Source of the DNA: Polyangiaceae bacterium | GTDB taxonomy: Bacteria; Myxococcota_A; Polyangia; Polyangiales; Polyangiaceae | Reading direction: 5' to 3' | Assembly (NCBI GenBank): GCA_050287085.1 | Contig: JBNKBE010000012.1 | Span: 64,001 to 128,000 of the forward strand | Length of the DNA: 64,000 bases | Part shown: piece after piece, positions 1-9,800 of the stretch | Numbering within the stretch: the stretch's first letter is position 1 | Layout of the letters: the number at the start of each line of letters is the position of its first letter | Made by a program: the position numbers and the translations under genes | The notes under the pieces: generated by a model | Databases searched by the model: none | The model's input: only the letters and a program-made list of their open reading frames with translations | Told to the model about the DNA's origin: nothing

Positions 1-1
1 C

Positions 2-2959
2 GCCCGCCTTTCGGCAGCGGACCAAAACAAGGTATTCGGTGCGCGCACGAAGCGTCGCGTCATCTTGGCGACAAACGTCGCGGAAACGTCCCTCACCATC
101 CCCGGCATCGTGTACGTGGTCGACACCGGCCTGGCACGCCTCGCTCGCTACGAGCCGCGCACCGGGATCACCCGCCTGCAGATCGAACGCATATCACAGG
201 CCAGTGCCAACCAACGCAAGGGGCGCGCCGGACGTGTGCGCGAGGGGATCTGCGTTCGCCTATACGACGAAGCGGACTTCCTTGCCCGTTCTGGCTTCAC
301 AGATCCCGAGATTCGGCGCGTCGGATTGGCGGGCGTCATTCTGCGAATGAAATCGCTGGGACTCGGCGAGATCGAGACCTTTCCCCTGCTGGACGCTCCG
401 GACGGGCGTGCGGTAACCGAAGGCTACCGCGTCCTGTCAGAGATCGGGGCTCTCGACTCCGAGCGGCAACTGACGGCCCTGGGCCGGCGGCTTGCGCGCT
501 TCCCGATTGATCCGCGACTGTCGCGCATGATTATCGCGGGCGCCGAATACGACATCCTCGACGACATCTTGGTGCTTGCGGCCGGGCTGGAGATCCAAGA
601 TCCGCGCGAGCGTCCGCGGGGTATGGAACAAAAAGCCGAGCAGGCTCATCGCCGCTTCCGCGACGAAAGCTCGGACTTTGCTAGCCTGCTGAAGCTGTGG
701 GCGTTTCTCGACGAAGCGCGCGGGCGGGGTACTTCTCAGCTCAGGCGGGCGTGCAAGGAGAACTTTCTATCCTTCGGAAGGGTGCGTGAGTGGCGCGAGA
801 TACACCGGCAGCTGCGCGGTGCCGTCAAGGAATTGGGGCGAGCCCTGCCGACACAACCGGCTCGCCAAGGCCGAGCAATGGACCGCAGCGCACGTATTCA
901 CTGTGCGCTCTTGAGTGGCATACCCTCCCGCATCGGACAATACCTTCCCGAACAGCGCACCTACCAGGGCGCTCGCCAGACGCGCTTCGTGCTGCACCCG
1001 GCATCGTGCCTGGCAAAGAAGCCCCCCGCCTGGGTAATGGCCTTTGAGCTCGTCGAGACAACCCGCTTATTTGCTCGTTCCGCGGCCAAGGTGGATCCGG
1101 AATGGATCGCCATTGCGGCCAGCCACTTGTTGAAGCGTAGCTACTCCGCTCCGCATTGGTCGCAAAAGAGCGCCCGTGCCTCGGTACGGGAACACGCAAC
1201 ACTCTTCGGGCTACCGGTACTGCGCGATCAAAGCATCGACTACGCGACAGTCGAACCCGGTCGGGCTCGCTTGATGTTCCTCGAGCACGCCCTGGTTCGG
1301 GGTGAATACGATACCAAGGAAGAGTTTCATGCTCACAATCGTGCGCTCGTGACGGAGGTATCACGCCTGCGAGACAAGGCACGACGGAGCGATATGCTGT
1401 CGGACGAAGAGACGCAGCTCACGTTCTTCGACCAGCGAGTGCCTAGCAACGTGGTCAACGGCAAGACCTTTCAGCAGTGGTGGAGCAACGCTAAGAGGAA
1501 GACCCCGACGCAACTTCATCTCCGCATGAGCGACGTGCTCCTACAGGAGGAAAGTCTCGAACCGGCAGACTACCCCGACACGCTTGAGCTAGCCGGCGTC
1601 AAAATAGGGGTGTCGTATCGTTTCGATCCGAGAGCTGACGACGACGGCATCACCTTGGACGTCCCCCTTGCGCTGCTTTCCCGCATCGACGCTGGACAAC
1701 TGGACTGGACCATCCCCGGGCTGCACGAGACGCGGCTGCTCGAGTTGCTGCAGCGCCTGCCGCGCTCAACGCGGCGTGAACTCGGCGTGCTGCCCGAGCT
1801 CGCTGCAACGCTCGCGGCGCAGGTCCGTCCCTTTGAACGGGCGCTGATTCCGGCAGTCACCCGCGCCGTCCGCGAACTCACTGGGATAACGTTACCCGAC
1901 GACGCACTCCGTTCCGATCTCCTTCCAGGCTACTTGCGTCCCACCTGCCGCATTCTCGGTGACGACGGGAAAGTACTGGCGACCGGTCGCGATTTGGAGG
2001 CCCTATTTTCGACCCACGGCGCCGCAGCCAAACGTGCTCTTGCCTCTGCGCAGCCAACCCACGACCTTCGGCGTTCCGAGCTTCAAAGCTGGAACTTCGG
2101 AGAGCTACCCACAGCGATTCTGCAGCACGTTGCAGGAAGCGAAGTGGAGCTCTACCCCGCACTGGTCGATCGCAGCTCGAGTGTCGAGCTCGTCCTGTGC
2201 CCGACTCAGCACGAAGCGCTGACTCTTTCGCAGCACGGCGTCCGTCGCTTGTTGCGCCTCAGTCATCCTCGTCCGTTCACGGCACTGGCAAAACGTATTC
2301 CCAATACATTGACGCCGCTGCAACCCGCAACGAATCCTCTCGGCCCCTCGCGCGCAGCCTTGCAAGCTTTTCGAGAAGTGTTGCTCGACCGCGCCCTGAT
2401 GGAAGCCTGTCCCCTCACGGCCGACACCCTGCCTCGGAACCCCTCTGACTTCGAACAGCTCGCTAGTGATACATTGCCTCACATCGAGTCTGCGCTGAGT
2501 CGAGTGATCGCCATCGTCGGGCCCATTGGGCCCGAGCTCACTCGCACGCAGGTCGCGCTCAACGCGGCAGCGCGCCAGCCCAGCGGCGCCGCTGCGGTGA
2601 GCGACCTACGCGCACAACTGCTCGAGCTCTTTCCCGAAGACCTGCTGCAGACTGTCGCTCTGCAGCAACTGGCCCACTTTCCGCGTTATCTCCAAGGCAT
2701 GTGCGTTCGCTTGGAACGCGCCATCACCAGTCCGCCGAAGGACGCCGCGAAACTAGCCCCGTTTGAACCGCTGTGGCAGGACGTCATCGCCCGCCTCACC
2801 AAGCAGCCGACGGCAGAGCTCAAGGCGCTACGTTGGGCCTGCGAAGAGCTGCGCATCAGCATTTTTGCGCCGGAGCTCAAGACCGCGTTCCCTGTCAGTC
2901 TGAAGAAGCTGAAAGCCGCACTCAGTGTCGCTCAATCCCCCCCTCATGGCGGCCGCTAG
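2..2959 (+). CDS. hrpA: ATP-dependent RNA helicase HrpA (5'-truncated; helicase C-terminal, HA2 and DUF3418-like regions)
   Basis: Frame open from base 2; motifs ILATNVAETSLTIPGI, SQASANQRKGRAGR, CVRLYDE; C-terminal EELRISIFAPELKT typical of HrpA. Confidence 0.93.
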   Translation, partial: ARLSAADQNKVFGARTKRRVILATNVAETSLTIPGIVYVVDTGLARLARYEPRTGITRLQIERISQASANQRKGRAGRVREGICVRLYDEADFLARSGFTDPEIRRVGLAGVILRMKSLGLGEIETFPLLDAPDGRAVTEGYRVLSEIGALDSERQLTALGRRLARFPIDPRLSRMIIAGAEYDILDDILVLAAGLEIQDPRERPRGMEQKAEQAHRRFRDESSDFASLLKLWAFLDEARGRGTSQLRRACKENFLSFGRVREWREIHRQLRGAVKELGRALPTQPARQGRAMDRSARIHCALLSGIPSRIGQYLPEQRTYQGARQTRFVLHPASCLAKKPPAWVMAFELVETTRLFARSAAKVDPEWIAIAASHLLKRSYSAPHWSQKSARASVREHATLFGLPVLRDQSIDYATVEPGRARLMFLEHALVRGEYDTKEEFHAHNRALVTEVSRLRDKARRSDMLSDEETQLTFFDQRVPSNVVNGKTFQQWWSNAKRKTPTQLHLRMSDVLLQEESLEPADYPDTLELAGVKIGVSYRFDPRADDDGITLDVPLALLSRIDAGQLDWTIPGLHETRLLELLQRLPRSTRRELGVLPELAATLAAQVRPFERALIPAVTRAVRELTGITLPDDALRSDLLPGYLRPTCRILGDDGKVLATGRDLEALFSTHGAAAKRALASAQPTHDLRRSELQSWNFGELPTAILQHVAGSEVELYPALVDRSSSVELVLCPTQHEALTLSQHGVRRLLRLSHPRPFTALAKRIPNTLTPLQPATNPLGPSRAALQAFREVLLDRALMEACPLTADTLPRNPSDFEQLASDTLPHIESALSRVIAIVGPIGPELTRTQVALNAAARQPSGAAAVSDLRAQLLELFPEDLLQTVALQQLAHFPRYLQGMCVRLERAITSPPKDAAKLAPFEPLWQDVIARLTKQPTAELKALRWACEELRISIFAPELKTAFPVSLKKLKAALSVAQSPPHGGR

Positions 2960-2971
2960 CCCGAGGAACCT

Positions 2972-2992
2972 CCCCTTTCTTCGCCAAAGGGG
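2972..2992 (+). terminator. Stem-loop after hrpA, possible terminator
   Basis: CCCCTTT-cttcgcc-AAAGGGG starting 13 nt after the hrpA stop; no clear U-tract. Confidence 0.35.
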
Positions 2993-3125
2993 GCGACCAA
3001 GCTCCGGGACAGCACCAAGGGTGCCAAGGTGCCAAGTCGGCACGCGACTTTTCTCGAACTGCCCGCTGGACGAAAGGCTGCGATGTGCCCATGCTAGAAC
3101 GAACGTGTCGTCCCATGAATTCAAC

Positions 3126-3710
3126 ATGTCGCGGCGTCCGAGAGGGTATGTGGGACGTCGCCACGAGACGGTCGGCTCCGATATCCTATCGGTCTTGCGT
3201 ATTCTCAAGCTGCCCGAGCAGGTGCTTGGGACAGACGAGGCTAGGCGACTCAGTGCCGTGAATCCCGACGGTTGGTATCCGATCGAGTGGCTCTTGGCGT
3301 TGATGGAAAGCCTCGACCAGCGTGTGGGTCACTATGGACTGCTCCGGATGGGACGACGCATCTTCGAATTGTCTCACCAGCAGCGCGTGCTTCGCGTCGC
3401 GCGCTCTGCGCGCGATATCGTCTATGGCCTAGACTCGATGTACCATCACGCCAACCGCGGACAAGACATCGGCGGCTGGCGTGTCCTCACCTTCGGCGCG
3501 GGCGAGGCAGAAATGGAAAAGACGACGCCGCATCACTGCATCATGGAACAAGGTCTGCTGTCGGCCGCGCTGGCGGCCGTAGGCTGCCCAGGTATCGTTT
3601 CGCAGAGTCGTTGCTTCAGAGAGGGGGCCGATAGCTGTATCTACACGATATCGTCGGCTATCGCCGACGAACGGTGGTCCGGGATCGCACACGAACCAGC
3701 TGTGCCATGA
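3126..3710 (+). CDS. Hypothetical protein with V4R/HNOB-like ligand-binding features
   Basis: Likely start ATG 3126 (MSRRPRGY); C-terminal HC..EQG...QSRCFREGADSC.Y Cys pattern resembles V4R domains. Confidence 0.55.
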   Translation: MSRRPRGYVGRRHETVGSDILSVLRILKLPEQVLGTDEARRLSAVNPDGWYPIEWLLALMESLDQRVGHYGLLRMGRRIFELSHQQRVLRVARSARDIVYGLDSMYHHANRGQDIGGWRVLTFGAGEAEMEKTTPHHCIMEQGLLSAALAAVGCPGIVSQSRCFREGADSCIYTISSAIADERWSGIAHEPAVP

Positions 3711-3753
3711 GGCCCCGCCCTGGTCCGGGCCGGAGCTGGGATGTGCCCACCTG

Positions 3754-5244
3754 CTAGCGAGCAGGTAGCTCCGTAAAGTTACCGCTCATCATCAGTAGTG
3801 ACAGTGCGCTCCACGACTTCTGATAGTAGATCGTGCCAGCCGTTAGTGCGCCAGTAGCGACCGCGTCATAGGCATCATTGGTGAACGACAGATTGTCGGC
3901 ACTGAACATCGCACCGACCCCGGCCGGACCCACAAAGGAGGCGGCGCCCAGGCCGTTCATCGAAAACTCGGGACGCTCTGTGCCATCCAGCTCATAGCCA
4001 TCGACGATGTTGGCGACGCCCACGGACTGATAGAAGCTCGTGATCTTTTCCAAGTAGGCAAGTGCGCGTGGCTCACCGTAGTAGCAATAGTCCTGCCCGA
4101 CGCGAAACGGCGTCCGAGTGGAGTCGTTTTGGAAGTGTGTGGGCGCGCCGTCATAGGCGACCTTCGGAGTACCACTTGAGTCACACCACGCTGGAACCAG
4201 ACCATTCTGCGCGTTGCCGCTGGCCTCGTTCAAGCTTGCTTCGATGATTTCGTAGCTGCGATCGATAGCCGCGTTCCAACCCGCCACGTTGTCGACCACC
4301 TCGCCGAAGACGCGATAGTAGGCCGGCGCGAAATAGGAGATGTTCGTAATATCCGCTCCCCCCCAGGCGTCGCCAGGTAGCGGCATCTCGCCGCGACCGT
4401 GATCGATTTCGTGGTCCCAAATCGCTTGAATGAGCTGTCGCGCGTAGTCTCCGTAGGCGGCGTCCAAACTGCCCGCTCCGCCCCACTGACGGTCTGCCAT
4501 GACCAGGGCCCAAGCCATGTCCTCGTCGCCGTCGAGCGCCGCCCCTGTGCCGATCACTTGACCCTGCGGATCGATCTCCCAGTCCATCAAACCGTTGCCA
4601 TTGAAGTAGCGCATCGCGTAGCGCCACAAGAGATCGAAGGTCTCTTGGTCGTCCATGTAGACGGTCAACAACAAGCCGTAGCCCATCCCCTCTGACACCG
4701 TCGAATCGATCACCGAGCCAGAATCAGGCTTACGGACGCGCAGGAAGCCGCTGGCGCCGTCCGACGTGACCACTGTGCGCTTCCAAAGGTCGTAGGCCTC
4801 GCGGACGTCTGCGTTGTCGTAATGGCTCGGGTACACGCAATACTCACTGTCCGTGTTCTGGGGGAATGGAAAACGAGCGTCGCTCGGGCTCGGTGCACCC
4901 CCCGATGAAGCGCCCGCGCTCGGCATGCCGCCGTCGCCTGACTCGCCGCCCCCCATCGGAGCCAAAGCGCCACCCGCCCCACCTCCTCCGGACGCCATAG
5001 TGTTGCCTCCCATGGCGGGCTGCCCCGCCCCAGCGGCACCTGCGCCGCCAGCAGCCCCTCCGCCGCCTGACGCGTCGCTAGCCGGGCTGCCACCAAAGTC
5101 GGGACCCATGCCTTGCGGCTGCGACTCGTTCCCACACCCCACAGAACACAGCGCCAGAAGTGCGATGCTGGCAGTGCACTTGAGAAGCCCGGAAGGCTCA
5201 AGGAAGCCTAGAAGGCTCGACCGCGAAACAGACCCCAATGCCAT
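3754..5244 (-). CDS. Glycoside hydrolase family 8 (endoglucanase-like), probable lipoprotein
   Basis: TVSEGMGYG (catalytic Glu), ALDGDEDMAWAL, SYFAPAYY, NDSTRTPFR motifs; lipobox-like SVGC followed by a G/A-rich linker. Confidence 0.88.
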   Translation of the reverse strand: MALGSVSRSSLLGFLEPSGLLKCTASIALLALCSVGCGNESQPQGMGPDFGGSPASDASGGGGAAGGAGAAGAGQPAMGGNTMASGGGGAGGALAPMGGGESGDGGMPSAGASSGGAPSPSDARFPFPQNTDSEYCVYPSHYDNADVREAYDLWKRTVVTSDGASGFLRVRKPDSGSVIDSTVSEGMGYGLLLTVYMDDQETFDLLWRYAMRYFNGNGLMDWEIDPQGQVIGTGAALDGDEDMAWALVMADRQWGGAGSLDAAYGDYARQLIQAIWDHEIDHGRGEMPLPGDAWGGADITNISYFAPAYYRVFGEVVDNVAGWNAAIDRSYEIIEASLNEASGNAQNGLVPAWCDSSGTPKVAYDGAPTHFQNDSTRTPFRVGQDYCYYGEPRALAYLEKITSFYQSVGVANIVDGYELDGTERPEFSMNGLGAASFVGPAGVGAMFSADNLSFTNDAYDAVATGALTAGTIYYQKSWSALSLLMMSGNFTELPAR

Positions 5245-5423
5245 GGCGACACCGTTGCCCACGCAACCGACAAGCGCCAGCGGGGAAGATCCAGGCTCCA
5301 GGGTCGCGAAGCGGCAGGCTCAGTAGCCAAGGAAAGTTACGGGCACGGTACCCAAACCGCGTCCGGAGCGGGCCAGAGCCAGGCCTCTGACGAGCAGCGG
5401 TCAAACACTCCCGAGCGACTCAC

Positions 5424-6524
5424 CTAGGGAAAGACAACGTCTGGCCCGAGCGCTTGACTGGTCTCGATGTCGCTCTCGTTCAGCGGCAGAGCGTAAATGC
5501 GAAACTCCTCGAGCACACCATTGAAGAAAGGCTCCGACTCCGTCGTCGAGCGTCCCAGATAGTTTGACGTGTTTGGGAAGAGTCCGAGGTTGATTAGAGC
5601 ACTGACCTCTCCCACCCTATTGCCGTCGGCGAATAGAATCATTTGACTGCGCGTTACCACCAGAGCCACGTGCAAAGTCCCCGAAGTCGGCACTTTCCAG
5701 TTGGATTGCAGCACCGTTCGACCGCGGACGCCGCCAAAGGGACTGAAGCCAGCCGTGGCCTGTTCTCGCCCCTCGTCTCCCTCCATTCCCGAGAGTGCTA
5801 GATACAGAGTGCTGTCCTCGTCCCCTCCGAGGGTGGGACGACCAAAGTCGAAGAGCCGCTGCAGCGGTTCACCACCGCGCCAACTGAACCACGCTTCGTA
5901 GGTGACGTCTGGAGCGGGGTTCGCAACTCCCAGTGGTAGCTGAACGTATGCCTCGTGTCCGTCAAGCTCTAGCTGCCCTTCCCCAGAGAGCGCAGCCCCA
6001 TGCACCTGCCCATCCTTCTGCCCCACGGAGTCCACCACGGTGGTCCCCGTACCGTTGAAGCTGTAGCGGTTTCTCAGAGCGGACGCCAGGCGGTCACAAC
6101 TTAACTCTTCGCACGAGGCGTAACTCGATTCGTCATCATCGTCCCCTGCGTCTTTCTCGGACGGCGTCGGCGCTGACGCGTCCGCATCGGGGAGGACACC
6201 GCCCCCGTCTGCTTCGGCGCCCGCGGCCGCGTCACCGGCATCGGCTTCCGGACTTGCGATGCCGCCGACTCCCCCCTCCGGCGGAGGATCGTCGGACGCG
6301 GCATCGTGGTCCGAGACGGCGCCACCCGATGGGACGTCGCTCCCCCCAGCGTCCTGGCTTGGCGCCTCGATCGCCTCACCGCCCATTCCCCCCAGACTGC
6401 CGCTCACCCCGCTTGTCCCCCCGCCGGGTGCCCCGGCGTCCCTGGAGTCGTGCGTAAACGGCTTGCCTGTGCACGCGAGCAACGCGCACAGGCCCAATGA
6501 GCTAATAAGCAGCAAAGACTTCAT
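5424..6524 (-). CDS. LamG-like jelly-roll domain lipoprotein
   Basis: Start MKSLLLISSLGLCALLAC; low-complexity linker; RYSFNGTGTTVVDSVG, WRGG..QRLFDFG, FNGVLEEFRIY. Confidence 0.8.
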   Translation of the reverse strand: MKSLLLISSLGLCALLACTGKPFTHDSRDAGAPGGGTSGVSGSLGGMGGEAIEAPSQDAGGSDVPSGGAVSDHDAASDDPPPEGGVGGIASPEADAGDAAAGAEADGGGVLPDADASAPTPSEKDAGDDDDESSYASCEELSCDRLASALRNRYSFNGTGTTVVDSVGQKDGQVHGAALSGEGQLELDGHEAYVQLPLGVANPAPDVTYEAWFSWRGGEPLQRLFDFGRPTLGGDEDSTLYLALSGMEGDEGREQATAGFSPFGGVRGRTVLQSNWKVPTSGTLHVALVVTRSQMILFADGNRVGEVSALINLGLFPNTSNYLGRSTTESEPFFNGVLEEFRIYALPLNESDIETSQALGPDVVFP

Positions 6525-6880
6525 GAGAGCTCTGTCAAGTATTGTTCGCCCCACGAGCGCATGTAAGAAAAGATCGCGGTCCGGAGAGGGCGCACGTTGG
6601 TTGGCGCTAACAATTCGCGTTCTCATCCGCTCCCGCGAGAGTTGGCGCGGCAGCTTATCCGCATTGGTGCGACTCGGCATCGGACTACATCGCTCGTACA
6701 CCCATACCGGAGACTACGCAAGCTGGCCGGCCCAGTCCTTGCCCTCGAGCCCCCGGGGCGCGAGGCGCCTCCCGTCGTCCACTGCGCGCTGCGACTTACA
6801 CCCCGGGGCGGCGCACCAGGTGCCCACCAGTCCCACTTCCAGTTACCTTCCCGAAACACGCGTCGTGCGACGCCCAACGC

Positions 6881-9800
6881 ATGGAAGACTTCGGGCTCTA
6901 CGACCCAGCCAACGAACACGACGGGTGCGGGGTCGCGATGGTGGTGCGTCCGGACAATATCCCCCTTCACGAGACCGTAGAACGCGGACTGCAGTCGCTT
7001 TGCAACCTAGAGCATCGCGGTTCCGAGGGCGCTGATACGGGCACCGGCGACGGCGCCGGTATTCTGCTGCAAGTCCCCGATCGCTTCTTTCGGGAAGTGC
7101 TCGACTTCGAGCTACCCAAAGCGGGTCAATACGCAGTTGCCATGTGCTTCTTGCCTCATGATCCGGCGAGTCGCGAGGCGCTGGAATCGCTCTTTGTGGA
7201 GCAGTTGCTTTCTGAAGGGCTGGTAGCCCTTGGCTGGCGTGACGTCCCCGTACGACAAGACGCTATCGGGCGCGTAGCGCGGGAGGCCGCACCCCGGATC
7301 CGGCAATTGTTCATCTCCGAACGCAACCCCAGCGGAAGCGTGGATCAGCTGGAACGAGCGCTTTACGTGGCACGCCGCAAAGCAGAAATCGCAGCGCGCG
7401 AAGAGCTGACCATTCCGAGTTGCTCCGCGCGCACCATCATCTACAAGGGGATGCTCTCGGCGCCGCAGCTAGGCCCCTACTTTCCGGACCTGCTCGACGA
7501 GCGGATCGAGTCCGCGCTGGCGCTCGTTCATAGCCGCTTCTCCACCAATACCTTCCCGAGCTGGCGCCTCGCTCACCCATTTAGGATGATGGCGCACAAC
7601 GGCGAGGTCAATACCGTCATCGGCAACGCCAACTGGATGCGAGCTCGCGAGTCTGAGCTGAAGAGTCAGCTCCTCGGCTCGGAGTTGGCCCGCATGTTTC
7701 CGATCATTCGCCCCGGCGGCTCCGATTCGGCTTCGCTCGACAACGTGCTCGAACTGCTCGTACGGTCCGGACGCTCGTTGCCCCACGCGGTCATGATGTT
7801 GGTGCCCAAAGCCTGGCAAGGCAACGACGACATGCCACGAGAGCTCGCTGGCTTCTACCGCTACCACTCCTGTCTGATGGAGCCGTGGGACGGGCCAGCC
7901 TGCTTGACGTTTACGGATGGAAGAGTCATCGGCGCAACCCTCGATCGCAACGGCTTGCGTCCGGGGCGATGGCTGATCACGCGAGACGGTTGGGTCGTCC
8001 TGGCTTCCGAGGCGGGTACCCTGGAAGTCCCCGAAGAAACCATCCTCAAGAAGGGGAGGCTCCAACCTGGACGCCTCTTCTACGTCGACCTGGAACGCCA
8101 CAAGGTTTTTGCCAACGGCGAGATAGAACTCGAGGTCGCCCGCCAGAACCCCTACGGGCAGTGGTACAGCCGAAATACGCTGCAGCTATCGGATCTGCCG
8201 AAACCAGTCAAAGCCCCCTCTCAAGGCATCCCTTATCGCCTGCGTCAGTTGGCGTTCGGTTGGTCGCAGGAGGACGTCCGCTTTCTGGTAGCCCCGCTCA
8301 TCGCGAAAGGCAAAGAACCGAACGGGTCCATGGGCAACGACCTGCCGCTCGCAGTCTTGTCAGAGCACTCTCCGTCGCTATTTAGCTACTTCAAGCAACG
8401 CTTTGCTCAGGTCACAAACCCGGCGATCGACCCGGTACGAGAAGCGGTCGTGATGAGCCTCCAAGTCGGGCTCGGGCGCGAACGCAACTTGCTCGAAGAA
8501 ACTCCCGACCACTGCAAACGCTTGATCCTGGACCAACCCGTCCTCACCGACGCGACGCTATCGCGAATCAAGCAGGGGCGGGGAGCCATTCAGACCATCA
8601 CCCTCGACGCCACATGGTTGGCGGGTGCTGGGAGCGGCGGGCTCGAACCGGCATTGGAAGCCCTGTGCGCAGCCGCTGAGCAAGCGGTAGAACAAGGATG
8701 CAGCGTCATCGTGCTATCAGACCGCAGCGTGAGCGCTGAACGCGTTCCCATTCCATCGCTGATGGCCATTGGTGCCGTGCACCACCACTTGGTACGGCTC
8801 GGCCGGCGCTTGCGTGTAAGTCTCATCGCTGAAGCCGGCGACGTACGCGAGGTTCACCACGTGGCATGCCTGATCGGCTTTGGGGCAGCCGCCGTCAATC
8901 CGTACATGCTATTCGAGTCTATCGATGCCCTGGCGAGAAGTGGCGATCTCCACCTGGATGTCGACGTCGAAGCCTGTGAACAGGGAGTCGTGCGGGGGAT
9001 CGGTCAAGGTCTGCTGAAGATTCTGTCCAAGATGGGGATTTCAACGCTGCATTCGTACATGGGCGCGCAGGTTTTTGAAGCTGTAGGGCTTGCCCCTGCT
9101 GTGGTCGAGAAGTGCTTCCGAGGTACCCCTTCGCGGATCCGTGGAGTGGGCTTCGATACGCTCGCCAACGAAGCGCTGCAGCGACACGCACGCGGCTTTC
9201 CGGCGGCCGCAGACAAGCTACTGCCTCCCGGCGGCGTCTATGCTTGGCGCCGCAAAGGAGAGCTCCACATGTGGAATCCTGACACGGTTCCGCTGTTGCA
9301 GCAGGCCGTTCGGGTCGAAGGTCAGGGTGTCGAGGCCTATAACAGCTTCGCCGAGAAGGTGAACGAGGATTCCGCGCGACGGGCAACCCTTCGCGGTCTG
9401 CTCCGCTTCAAGAGCGGCACTCCCATTGCTCTGGATGAGGTCGAGCCCGCTACTGAGATCGTAAAGCGCTTTGCGACGGGTGCCATGAGCCTCGGCTCCA
9501 TCTCCCAAGAAGCCCACTCAGCGCTTGCGGTTGCCATGAATCGCATTGGTGGCAAGTCCAACACCGGCGAAGGTGGAGAAGCTCCGGAGCGATTCCTAGA
9601 TGAGCGGCGCTCTGCTATCAAGCAAGTTGCCTCGGGACGCTTTGGCGTAACGATTCACTATCTCGTCAACGCGGACCAACTCCAGATCAAGGTGGCCCAA
9701 GGCGCCAAACCGGGAGAAGGCGGACAGCTGCCGGGCCATAAGGTGAGCGAGCAGATTGCAAAGCTGCGCTACTCAACGCCGGGGGTAGAACTCATCTCAC

